Positions 12,385 to 23,111 of a stretch of 64,000 nt of DNA are shown in pieces (the stretch's first letter is position 1; the number at the start of each line of letters is the position of its first letter). Below the pieces are notes generated by a model. It made no database searches. It was given only the letters and a program-made list of their open reading frames with translations, and was not told the origin of the DNA. The position numbers were made by a program, and so were the translations under genes. Source of the DNA: Felis catus. Lineage: Eukaryota. Location: positions 66,838,001-66,902,000 of the forward strand of contig NC_058368.1 of NCBI RefSeq assembly GCF_018350175.1. The letters run 5' to 3'.

Positions 12385-13310
12385 CAAAAATAATTTTTTA
12401 AAAATACTGGTGCCAGGCCCAGACCACGGGAATGAGGCTCTCTGAGCGTGGGATCAGGGCTCTGGCCTTTTGTAAAAGCTCTTCGGAGTTTTCTGCTGCA
12501 CAGTGAGCATCGAGAAGTTTCGCTCTAGAACTACGGGCCCCCACCCCGGCCGTACTCCTTGGAAACACTCAACTTCGAGACCCAAATGTCGCTTGCTGGT
12601 TTCAGCCAAAATAAAAACGAAACTCACTGGCATCACCTCCTGTGAATATTCTCTCGAGCATATTCTTCTTGGAGAAAAGAAAAGAAGCTTCTGTCTTGGG
12701 TTTGCCGACAAGAAAGACTCTTCTGTGTGCTCATTCTATTCTGAAACAAACCTCACTCTGAATTCTCTGACCCAGAGAAACAAACGCTGGTATCTGGAGA
12801 AAGCAAACGGATCCCAGGCTCCAATCGAGGGAAGAATGCCTGGGGAAGCAGAAGAACATTATGGCGTTGGATAAATTTCTGGTGAGGTTTCAGCCTGCAG
12901 CATTGTCCTGAATTCTATGCAAAACACCAGGGATGCTGGTGAATTGGACGGCGACTTGGATAATCACGGGCCTCGGGCCTGACTGTGATGATGACGTTAG
13001 AAAAAAAATAGGTTTACGGTCGGAGGAAGAGAGGAAAGGAAGGAAGAGGTTTATGGAGCGTGCCAGAGGACGGACGAGAGAGTGTCGCAAAGCATCGGAG
13101 AGGATGATACACTCTAAAGCAATTAAGTGTATGTTCCCTTCTGCAAAGAAGTGGCAAGGAATTCGGTTTAGGTCTGAGAGAGGGAAGGACCCAAGGGGCG
13201 GTTTCGACCCGCAAAGTCTTTTATCTTTGCTACCGGTGTGGGGGTGGGTGTCTCCTTCTCATCCCGGCTCTTGCTATCTTCACATTAGCAAGTCAGGGCC
13301 TTGTCTGAGG

Positions 13311-13717
13311 CATTATTGTCCAACAGAACCTTCGGCTCTGATGGAAAAGTGGCAGTGGTGTGCGGGAGCCGGTTTTTATTGGCTTGGTGGGGTTGATTGT
13401 TTTATTTTCAGGAATCTTATGAGCTGGTTGTCAAGCATCATCATCATTTAAAAATTAAATTCCATAAACATGTCAAGTGTTATAGTAGAAATAAAGGTAG
13501 TAAATACCCCAAACTCATTACGTCTAAATTATTTTACTATTCTGTATGCACTGAGGTTTGGGGCTGTCGGATAGGGTAGCCACTAGCCACGCAGGCCCAG
13601 TGAGTACTTGAAACTGAGAAGTGTGAGCAAAGAAGAGAATTGAACATTTCATTTAATTTAAATTAATTTACATTTAAATAGCCACAGTGGCTGGTGGCTA
13701 CCATAATGGCCCTGCAG
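13311..13717. mobile_element. MER3-like hAT-Charlie element (13311-13350 plus 13563-13717)
   Basis: tgtccaacagaacc...gatggaaa, then ggtagccactagccac...aaatagccacagtggctggtggctacc. Confidence 0.8.
13353..13560. mobile_element. MER63-like hAT-Blackjack fragment inside MER3
   Basis: Starts cagtggtgtgcgggagccgg; aaaggtagtaaataccccaaactcat. Confidence 0.7.
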
Positions 13718-14799
13718 ATCTGGGGTCTTTGCAAAAAGCTGTATATCTCATTGATGACCTTTAGAAGAGCATTTATTTCAGTTGTCGAAGGGGTATCTTT
13801 CTCTTTCATTTCAATGATTTGGGTTTTTATTATCCTTTGGCTCTGACCTCAGGTTCCTTGGGAGGGCGGTGATAGAGGGAGTGGTAGTGACAGAAACAGA
13901 ATTCACTCCAAATGGAATGCTTGGTGCTTTGCGAGGCCACGTGCTAATGCCAGCAGAAAATGTTTTAGACTGCTGTCATGCCCTCCATGAGTGGACGCCA
14001 ACAGACAGCATACCTGCCTGGCCCGGAGCTGACTTTGGATGCCGGGTGACACGGACGGGCATTTCTGGGCTGTCGTTAGGGTCTAGGAACAACACCAGAC
14101 TCCTGAGAGGCCGAGGGGACTCCATCTGAGATCCCCTACCTCCAAAACCACCGCACTGGGACTCAGTTTGCAAAGGAAGTGAGTTCGGCTGTCCCCCCCC
14201 CAAGGTCAGCCCTGGTCAGACGGCTGGGACGTGCTGGACAATTAGCACCTAAAGCTATTGCCTCCCTTGCGCTCAACCCATTTCCCGGTCCCATCCTCCC
14301 CGGGTAGCTCCCTGCTTTCGTTTCCCAGCAGGTTTCAGAAAGGATGCATTAAATTATAATCACTCCTTGTTTTGTGAGAGCAGCCTTTTGTGACCAATAA
14401 TGACTGTAATGAGAGAAAAGAAAAAGGGAAAATGGAGTGATTGGAGCTCACCGGGATGCTTTTGCTGAGCTGTTTGTAAAGCAACACAGACAGACGATTG
14501 AGGCCCTTTTTTGCGCGTTAATTTGTATCTGTGTTTTCATTTGTCCCTGAAAGGTGAGCCTGCTTATTAGGCATCTGCTAGACAAGAGAGACCCATTTAG
14601 TTAACCTAAAGTGGGATCACCGATCTGCGAGTCACATGACGACTCTGCCTTCTGCAGCATTGCCTCGGCAATCTTGTTTATAAACGAGTCGGTTCTGCGC
14701 ACCCTGCTATGTGATTAAAGAAAAACTACATCTGGGACTCTTCCCATTAATCCTCTGACATCCTAATAAAGGTGCCCCCTTCTGCCTAACCCCAGAGCT

Positions 14800-15070
14800 T
14801 CAGGCTCTTTGTGATCATCCGGACCATTGAAACAGCCCCTAACATCTTCCTAAAGAGGTAGTGATCTAATCATAATACTCCCATGGTCTGAAATCTTTAG
14901 TGGTCCCCCACTATCTGTGAGCAGCTAAAAATGACTTTCAAGGACCCTTGTGGGGCTCACTTCACATGATTAGATGGTAAGTTCTCTGAGAGCAGGGACT
15001 CTATATTGCTCAGTTTTTTATTCCTAAGAGCCCGTGGCAAAGAGCCTTGCACTTAAGAGATTCAGAAGTT
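14800..15070 (+). mobile_element. L2 3' fragments
   Basis: tagatggtaagttctctgagagcagggact. Confidence 0.55.
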
Positions 15071-15235
15071 GGATTCTCTGTTGGACTGGCCTGACTCTAA
15101 AGCAAACAACAAAAACCAGAAATTCCAATCTTTTCATTAGGTGCTGTTACATGGGTGTGCAGACTTAAAAAAAAAAAAAAGATAAACACACAAAAGTTTG
15201 TACTTTTTCCTAGAAGAATCATTTTTAATTCTTTT

Positions 15236-15271
15236 CTACCTTTTTGAACACGTGAGCAATCAAGGGAGAGG

Positions 15272-15323
<52 letters not shown>

Positions 15324-15438
15324 CTTAAGCAGGCTCCACATTCAGCACAGAGCCCCACTGGGGGCTCGATCCTATGACCCTGGGATCATGACCTGAGCTG
15401 AAATCAAGAGTCAACCAACTGAACCACCCAGGCACCCC
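15236..15438 (-). mobile_element. CanSINE with long (GA)n
   Basis: gagagaatcttaagcaggctcc...ccaggcacccc. Confidence 0.9.
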
Positions 15439-15508
15439 ATTTTCAATTTTTTTTTAATAACAGAATCCTTGTACATTTTTGATGCCTGCTGTCAAAGTTG
15501 TATGTCAT

Positions 15509-15710
15509 GGGGCACCTGGGTGGCTCAGTCGGTTAAACATTCGACTTTGGCCCAGGTCATGGTGAGTTCGAGCCCCGTGTCGGGTTATGTGCTGACAGCT
15601 CAGGCAGACCTGGAGCCTGCTTCAGATTCTGTGTCTCCCTCTCTCTCTCTGCCCCTCCTCCACTCACACTCTGTCTCTCTCTCTCAAAAATAAATAAACA
15701 TTTAAAAAAA
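15509..15710 (+). mobile_element. CanSINE
   Basis: TSD aaagt(t/c)gtatgtca at 15494-15507 and 15711-15724. Confidence 0.92.
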
Positions 15711-15819
15711 AAAGTCGTATGTCAGAAATTCTAGATCCTGGACCAGCCCTAGCCCAGGTTCCTTGAAGCACATCGGAGACTACCACATGCCTGCCAGAGG
15801 AATTCCTCCGTGAAAGTGA

Positions 15820-15994
15820 CTTGGAGTAAGAAAGAGAACCAGGCTGGAAGTCAGGCAATCAGGTTCTGGACCTGCTCAGCATCACCCGGCTGTTGGAGCT
15901 TAGATACGTTGTTTCCCATCCTGGATCATATTTTCTCTTCTGCAAAATGGAAACGGGGCTCAATGGTCACCAATATCTCTCAGCTCTAACTCTA
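15820..15994 (+). mobile_element. MIR3-like
   Basis: ggctggaagtcagg...tctgcaaaatgg...cagctctaactcta. Confidence 0.55.
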
Positions 15995-16010
15995 ATAGTC
16001 CATGATTTTA

Positions 16011-16229
16011 TTTTATTTTTTTTTCAACGTTTATTTATTTTTGGGACAGAGAGAGACAGAGCATGAATGGGGGAGGGGCAGAGAGAGAGAGGGAGACACA
16101 GAATCGGAAATAGGCTCCAGGCTCTGAGCCATCAGCCCAGAGCCTGACGCAGGGCTCGAACTCACGGACAGCGAGATCATGACCTGGCTGAAGTCGGATG
16201 CTTAACCGACTGCGCCACCCAGGCGCCCC
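16011..16229 (-). mobile_element. Young SINEC_Fc-type SINE
   Basis: Perfect 16-bp TSD atagtccatgatttta at 15995-16010 and 16230-16245. Confidence 0.96.
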
Positions 16230-16772
16230 ATAGTCCATGATTTTAAAGGGCACCATAAGCTTTTCCAAGGACATAGAGACCCAGAATTCATTTTTTGCTT
16301 TTTTTTTTTTTTTTTTTTTTTTTGCCTGTGGATCTTCCATATCAAAGGCTTTAGCACAAGTTCTGTTAGAGTCCATTCAACAGACATCTTCCCATCCCTG
16401 AAGCCATAGACTTGAAGGGTGGTCCTGTGTTATTGTTGACTCTGCTGACTTCTGGCCACACCTGCTTTGTATCCTAGGCTTTCAAGCCCCCTTGTGGAAC
16501 AATAGTAGGGAAGTCGCTTAGATGAAACTCTTGTCAAACTTTTTTCCTCCCCAAAATACAATCTAATGTTGATTACCCTTTGGGGCTAATTCTGGGGAAT
16601 GTGCATCATTGCTCCTGCAGTGGACCCTGTGGTTCATCAGCAGATACCCTCTCTAGAACTGGCACACACAACCCCCGGTCCTGGGAAGGTCAGCTGCTGA
16701 GGACCGACAGCTGCATCCCTCATTGGGTATTCCCCAATGTCACCGGGAATCACCTCACCCAAGACCGCGCCC

Positions 16773-16862
16773 AGTGGTAGAATTAAACATGGTGGCAAAT
16801 TCTTTGTTACTCCCCGCATTGGGAGGTGGAGTTGAATCCCACCACTCACCCTCCTTGAATAA
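16773..16862 (+). mobile_element. MLT1-type LTR 5' fragment (ERVL-MaLR)
   Basis: gtggtagaattaaacatggtggcaaattctttgttactccccgcattgggaggtgg. Confidence 0.6.
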
Positions 16863-17743
16863 ACAGTCACAGCCTCTGTGTCCTGAAATGACCCGAATGT
16901 CCTGAATCTCCTCCGTAACTCTTCCCTTTTTAGCCTCCTGTCACCTTTGTTTAGGAAGCATCTAAGAGGTGATGGGTGCCATATAAATTCCGAGCAAAGA
17001 GACCAGAGAGTGAATTGCCCTGAATCAGCCCTGCTGCCTTGAGGCAACAGATTCGGCCATTTTTTTCCTGCGATTTCACACATGCCCAAATGTCCACAAC
17101 TTGAGACTAGAAAAAGTCCTCGATATGAAAATAAAATTGAAAATTGATGCTGTCTCTCCCCTCGGATATTTTCCCCAGAGTTTTCAGAATGCATATTTGG
17201 TCCTTGCACAATGGAAAATGTATGTAAAATATAAGCTTTTCATCTTAAATTGAGGGAGCGATGCTAAGAAAGTAAGTCATTAAAGAGTGATTGGAGCTCA
17301 GCCCTCTGGGGTCTGCCGGCGCCTGGAGCGACCCGGAACTGCTCGCCTGTGAGGTGCAGGAATGCGCAGGGCACCTGTGAAAGTTCATTTGTCCAAGGAA
17401 CTAAATCCAAAGTAACAATTTCCATGGTGTCCTTCGGACGTTGACTGTCACTTCTCTGCTACTGCACTTCATTTCACCCCACATGAAGGTTAATTTAGTA
17501 TGAACCCCGAGTTGGCGTGTCCCTTCTTTTCTTCCTTGCTTTGAGGAGAGCTCTTTGTTCGGAGATTACTGGAACTAATTTCGGCCACACCCTCACTTCT
17601 CTTGGGAATGGAAGAAGGGAAAACGAGGGGCAGAATTCAGGGTGATCCCGACATCTGCGAGGCCTTGGTTTCCTGCTCTCTGGGCACCCTGCTGTTCAAG
17701 GAGATTGAGTTTCAGTGGCAGGCGTCAAGAGTTGTGGCCCCCA

Positions 17744-17942
17744 GGGGCTCCTGGGTGGCTCAGTCAGTTAAGCATCTGCTCAGGCCATGCTCTCACGGGT
17801 GGGTGAGTTCGAGCCCCACATTGGGCTCTGCACTGATCGTGCAGAGCCTGCTTGGGATCCTCTCTTTCCCTCTCTCTCTGCCCCTCTCCCCCACTCATTA
17901 TCTTTCTCCCTCTCTCTCTCTCTCAAAATAAACTAAAAAAAA
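17744..17942 (+). mobile_element. CanSINE
   Basis: TSD core aagagttgtg at 17727 and 17943. Confidence 0.9.
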
Positions 17943-18596
17943 AAGAGTTGTGACTCCCCCAAAACCCATGACAATATGATGTTCTCAAAGCATCATGAGA
18001 ACCCCAAAATTGTGTCTCCCCCCCGAATATCTTTGAGAGACACCTCCCACAAATGCAAGCTCACAGAAGCTCGAATTTAGGGTTTTCCAGTTCTCCTTTT
18101 GTGACCCCTCCGGGTATACCTTGACTTACCTAAAAAGATGCTATGTATGTTTCAACGCCAAGGTGATTTTTATTGCCTTGCCTTTTTATAAATACATACA
18201 TTCAACAAAGCAGTTTGGGGAAGGTCTGGCCTAATAGAGCAAACAAATAAATTTTAAAAGGGCCTGGACTCCATGCCATAGGCTCTCTGTCCGCTGCACC
18301 GCCCTCCTTAATCCCTTAATCCCACTTTTCTAGAAAATAAAGGAAGAGGCTGGAAGCAGGTCTTGGGGGTTGGGGGAACCCAAATGCCTAGCAGAGGACC
18401 ACATGTGTTTTTCTCAGGAAAAAGGAGGTCAGCAGCCTTAATCAAACTAGCCCAATCCCTGGCTGAGATTACACTTCATAGCATCTTCTGCCGCTGCCCT
18501 GGGATGCACCAGCTTCCACCTGTGCTCTGGGGTATCTCTGAGGGGTTTCTTAGAGAACAGAGAATTACCTTTCCAAGCTCCATACACTCCCAGTGG

Positions 18597-18759
18597 CCTT
18601 GCTTCTCGGAGAGAGGTCCGAACGGGCAGCTGGGCGTCAGCTGGGAGCTTGTGGAAAAGCTGCCATCTCAGGGGCCACTCGGCCTCCTCCGTCAGAGCGT
18701 GCATCTTTCACAAGTGCCCTCACTGAATCTTTCGCACATCAGAGTTTGAAAAGCGCTGG
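18597..18759. mobile_element. MER5A-like hAT-Charlie
   Basis: cgtcagctgggagcttgtggaaa...gcacatcagagtttgaaaagcgctg. Confidence 0.65.
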
Positions 18760-19096
18760 AATATAGGATCCCTCCTTACCAATCGCTCCTGCCGCAGGAT
18801 GTCCTGCCATCACCTGCACTGCTGTCTCCACTTCTGTCCCGCCTTGTTTCTGCAGCCGGATGTTACCGCTGGTCTCCATCGTTATCCTCGTGGAGTCCCC
18901 TGATGCCTCCTGAGCCTGGCACGCAGGGTTCCCTGAGACCCGGACCCCAGCCGCCCTCCAGCCTCATCTGTCTGGCTGCAGCTTTGTGAACCCACACATT
19001 CCATGTGGATTCCGGCCTTTGGGCCTTTGCTCTTGTGATCTCAGCCGAAAAACCCTTCCTGCCCCACTGCTCATCCCTTAAGACTCAGCAAGGTCT

Positions 19097-19325
19097 GGGG
19101 GCGCCTGGGTGGCTCAGTCGGCTGAGCGTCCGACTTCAGCTCAGGTCATGATCTTGCGGTCTGTGAGTTCCAGCCCCGCGTCGGGCTCTGTGCTGACAGC
19201 TCAGAGCCTGGAGCCTGCTTTGGATTCTGTCTCCTTCTCTCTCTGCCCCTCCCCACTTGTGCTCTGTCTCTCTGTCTCTGTCAAAAATAAATAAAACATT
19301 TTTTAAAAATTAAAAAAAAAAAAAA
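19097..19325 (+). mobile_element. SINEC_Fc-type SINE
   Basis: TSD aagactc(a/g)gc(a/g)a(g/c)gtct at ~19080 and ~19326. Confidence 0.93.
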
Positions 19326-19342
19326 AAGACTCGGCGACGTCT

Positions 19343-19533
19343 GGAAACCGGGTGGCTCAGTTAAGCGTCTGACTTTGGCTCAGGTCATGATCTCACGGTT
19401 CATGGGTTCGAGCCCCGCATCGGATCCTCTGTCTCCCTTTCTTTCTGCGCCTCCCTTGCTCACCACACACACCCTCTCTCTCTCTTTCTCAAAAATAAAT
19501 AAACATTTTTAATAATTAATTAATTTTTAAAAA
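19343..19533 (+). mobile_element. CanSINE, internally deleted
   Basis: gggtggctcagttaagcgtctgac...tcaaaaataaataaac. Confidence 0.88.
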
Positions 19534-19769
19534 AGGACTCAGCTGAGGTCTCACTAACTTTAGGAAGCCCTCCACAGCCTGTGCCAACCTAACTGCCAGG
19601 GTGCACAACACACCCAGGTACACTCCAAGCTGGGTTAGCCACCCCTCCCCACGCTTCCATGGTTCCTGGGGCATAGGGCTCTTAGTGCATCCCATGCTGT
19701 CTTACAATGGTCTGCTCTGACATAAGACCCTGAGGGCCTGGAGGAGTGAGGCCGTCTTAGGGTCAGTGT

Positions 19770-19990
19770 AGGGTAGTGATGAGTTTGGACTCTGGGGTTG
19801 GCTATCTGGCATCACGTCCCAGCTCTGCCACTCACTAGCTGTGCAACCTTGGATGAGTTACTTAACCTCTCTGTGCCCCGGTTTCATCATCTGTAAAAAG
19901 GAGTCATTTGAGGTATCTACTTAATGAGGTCGTTTTGAGGATGAGATTAGTTGCTGTGCAAGAGATGTTATGATATGAACATGTTTGCCA
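19770..19990 (+). mobile_element. MIR
   Basis: Well-preserved core cccagctctgccactcactagctgtgcaaccttggatgagttacttaacctctctgtgcc. Confidence 0.85.
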
Positions 19991-20335
19991 GCACTTTTTG
20001 GTCATTCAGGTTTGAACCCCCAGTGACTGCCCGAATGCCTGGCTGCATAAATAAAATATGGACTGACTGAATGTTTTATAGTGCTTATTCGGGTTTTATC
20101 TTATCTGGCCAACCAAACCCAGGACCTCTGTGATATCTATACAGTTTGCCTTATTAGCCCTATGTAATCAATGAGGAAGGGACCTGGAGAGGTTCCCTTG
20201 CCTAAAACCTCACACCTAATTCAAAGTAGGGGCAGGACGATGATCACTGGTGCAGGATTAATACTTCTGACCTTAAATCTGTCTAATGGGAGCATAGTGA
20301 ATTTTAAGAGTAGGCTTCTAGTCATGAAAACTTTT

Positions 20336-20672
20336 TTTTTTTTTTAAAGTAGGCTCCATGCCCAAAGTGGGGCTTGAACTAATGATCCTGAGATCAAGAG
20401 TCACATACTCTGGGAGTGCCTGGATGGCTGTCAGTTGAGTGTCCAACTTGGGCTCAGGTCATGATCTCAACTGCTCATGAGTTTGAGCCCCGCGTCGGGC
20501 TCTGTGCTGACAGCTCAGAGCTCGGAGCTTGGAGCCTGCTTCGGATTCTGTGTCTCCCTCTCTCTCTGCCCCTCCCCTGCTCGTGCTCTGTCTCCCAAAA
20601 ATAAATAAGAATATTTTAATATAAAAAAAAAAAGGTCACATGCTCTACCAGACTGGGTCAGCCAGGTACTCC
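20336..20672 (-). mobile_element. Short tRNA-derived SINE lacking the (CT)n body, split by a nested SINE
   Basis: Halves at 20336-20411 and 20647-20672; perfect TSD agtcatgaaaactttt at 20320-20335 and 20674-20689. Confidence 0.85.
20412..20630 (+). mobile_element. CanSINE nested antisense in the short SINE
   Basis: TSD aagagtcacatactct at 20396-20411 / aaaggtcacatgctct at 20631-20646. Confidence 0.92.
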
Positions 20673-22899
20673 GAGTCATGAAAACTTTTATCCTAAATTT
20701 CTTGTTACAAAGACCAGTGGCCACGCCTGTTCCCCTAGAGAGTAACCCTTCTTTCCATCCCTATCACCCAAAAGATACTTCTGCCAATTTCCATCCCAAT
20801 TTTAAAGCGTTTGACAGACAAAATCCTCAGGATACGACATGCCAACTTGACAATTATTTATTAATACTGGGAATAAAAAAACACACTGTAGACTGATAAA
20901 AACTGCCTTTCTAAATATTCATGGGATGCATTTTCAATAGTGCAAAGAAAATTCTCATAAGCACAATGACCGAAAGAGGCCAGACCTCCTTATTCATTTA
21001 TTTGCCTTAAATTCATTTTTGTTCTGAGTATGAAAATGAATACTCATATAGTACACCGGCTGTAAATACTCTGTTTTGTTTTTAACTGAAAAGGAAAAAA
21101 AAATCAACTTTAATTTGAATACTAAACCATCCAGAATATCTAGCTGAAAACATGTTTTTATTATTTGCATTCTTAGGTTTGGCTTGTTATGCTTCTGGCA
21201 TATCTACTGATATCACTCACAGTATTTTTTCATTTCATATATTAATATTTAATATTCTTTAAACATTGTTCAACCTTAATGGTTGTCTAATTTCTGTTTT
21301 TCATCCACAGAGAAGCTATTAATTTATGAGCATATAGGGCAGTAAGTAATAATTTGCATGAATGCCTTGAGCAGATATGCTTTCCATAGGCCGCCCATAG
21401 CATAGACTCTGGAAGGAACGATACCATCTATTGGCTAAGCTCCAATGAACATTGCTTTACAAGGAGCCGGAAAAAAAAAAGTTTTTTAATCCATAAAGAA
21501 GTCTACTAAGTGAAAAATCAACAGAGATGACAGGAGCCGGTTTGTTTCTGTTCCTTTTTTTTTTTTTTTTCTTTTGTGTGTACTCTTCAGTTTTTATGCC
21601 GGGAGAGATTTCTGAAATTGCAAAGCAAACTGCCAAAGATCTTTGAAGAACTGGAGACCAGCTCATCCTTGTCTCTGCCCGGAACCTCCTCTTCCCTCCC
21701 CTCCCCCCACCCCCAGTAACTGTCAGAAGAGCGCTGTGGCCACACGTCACCAACCAAACTAACCCAAAATAAGGTCAGTTTGGGTCCATCAAGCCAGCAC
21801 CTTAGCGGTATCTAGACGCCTGAAATGTGCTCAGTGCCCCATCCCACTGGCAAGGATATTTTGCGTTGTGTAGATCGGACAAATGGTTTGGGGCAGCACA
21901 ATGGGGCCTGTGTTAAATGTGCATCTTGCACTTGGAGGCACAATTGCACGTTCAGAGGTGAGACAATACTTTATATTTGAAAAGAAATTAGGTTAATTGC
22001 CCTCAAAGCAATCTCAATACCTCCCTACTCCAAAAAGGTGTAGGGTTATTTCCCCTTGGGCCAGGAAGTCGCCGATGAAGTCAATCACCGCTCCCATAAA
22101 TCCTGGCCCCAGAATTACCCTCCCTAGTGCTAATGCATTCTGGAGTTACCTTTCCTAAAATCTGGGATTTATAGCCACCTCAGGACAGACGCCATGCTGG
22201 CACCCTGAGGTAGATAATTAAGGTAGTTACCCAGACAATTTAGAACAGACAAAATAATTTTTCCTCAATTATGTGCATATTACAGTTAGCCTTTCCTTTT
22301 CAAGTAGCTATGTGATTGTTATAATTCTCTTTTTTAATTTTTTCCCATGTTGAACAAGCCTTATAGGTAAGAGTAGAAGTTTAATACCATTTCGAATTAG
22401 TGCCCATGCTAATAAAATCTCATCTCATAATCCGGTATTTTGACATTCAAAGAGCATATTTAACAGAAGCAACAATTTTCCTAGCTGTTCAGGAAGTTAA
22501 AGGGTCTTTCCAACGCCAGGAAACTCAAGACTCTGCAGTTTTACACCAGGCTCTAAAGAGTCATTCCTGCCCCTCATTTCTCTCGTGCTGAATTTATATT
22601 GAAGCTACAGACTTTCCAGACGTGTTTTTCCCTATTAAAATACTGAAACAAAATGAGTACAAATTAGTACACAAAATTAATGCTTAAATTCTGAGCATAC
22701 ATTTTTAAAGCCTCATTATTTTGGATCGGGGGACGGGGGCTGAGTTTTGTCGGTTAGTTGTTTTTGACTAGAATTTTTATGAACCAAGAAAGCATATTTG
22801 GGAATAAATTTATCCGTGGATAAATGTACTGCTGAGTATATAGCAAACTGTGACATTAGTTCCTCAACCTATTGTCCATTTATTATCAAAAGAGTTCTG

Positions 22900-23111
22900 G
22901 GGGCGCCTGGGTGGCGCAGTCGGTTAAGCGTCCAACTTCAGCCAGGTCACGATCTCGCGGTCCGTGAGTTCGAGTCCCGCGTCAGGCTCTGGGCTGATGG
23001 CTCGGAGCCTGGAGCCTGTTTCTGATTCTGTGTCCCCCTCTCTCTCTGCCCCTCCCCCGTTCATGCTCTGTCTCTCTCTGTCCTAAAAATAAATAAACGT
23101 TGAAAAAAAAA
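22900..23111 (+). mobile_element. Young SINEC_Fc-type SINE
   Basis: TSD aaaagagttctg at 22888-22899 and 23112-23123. Confidence 0.95.

Larger units (their letters stand above)
10958..12522. mobile_element. MER5-like hAT-Charlie element split in two (10958-11005 and ~12400-12522)
   Basis: Left half gcattagaatcacc; right half ttttgtaaaagctcttcggagttttctgctgcacag; flanks ctctcgag / ctctagaa resemble the NTCTAGAN target. Confidence 0.55.

Noticed and set aside
12933..13451. 172-aa ORF
   Set aside because: Runs into MER3/MER63 fossils; no recognisable homology
16637..17209. 190-aa minus-strand ORF
   Set aside because: Non-ATG start, overlaps an MLT1 fragment, no recognisable domain
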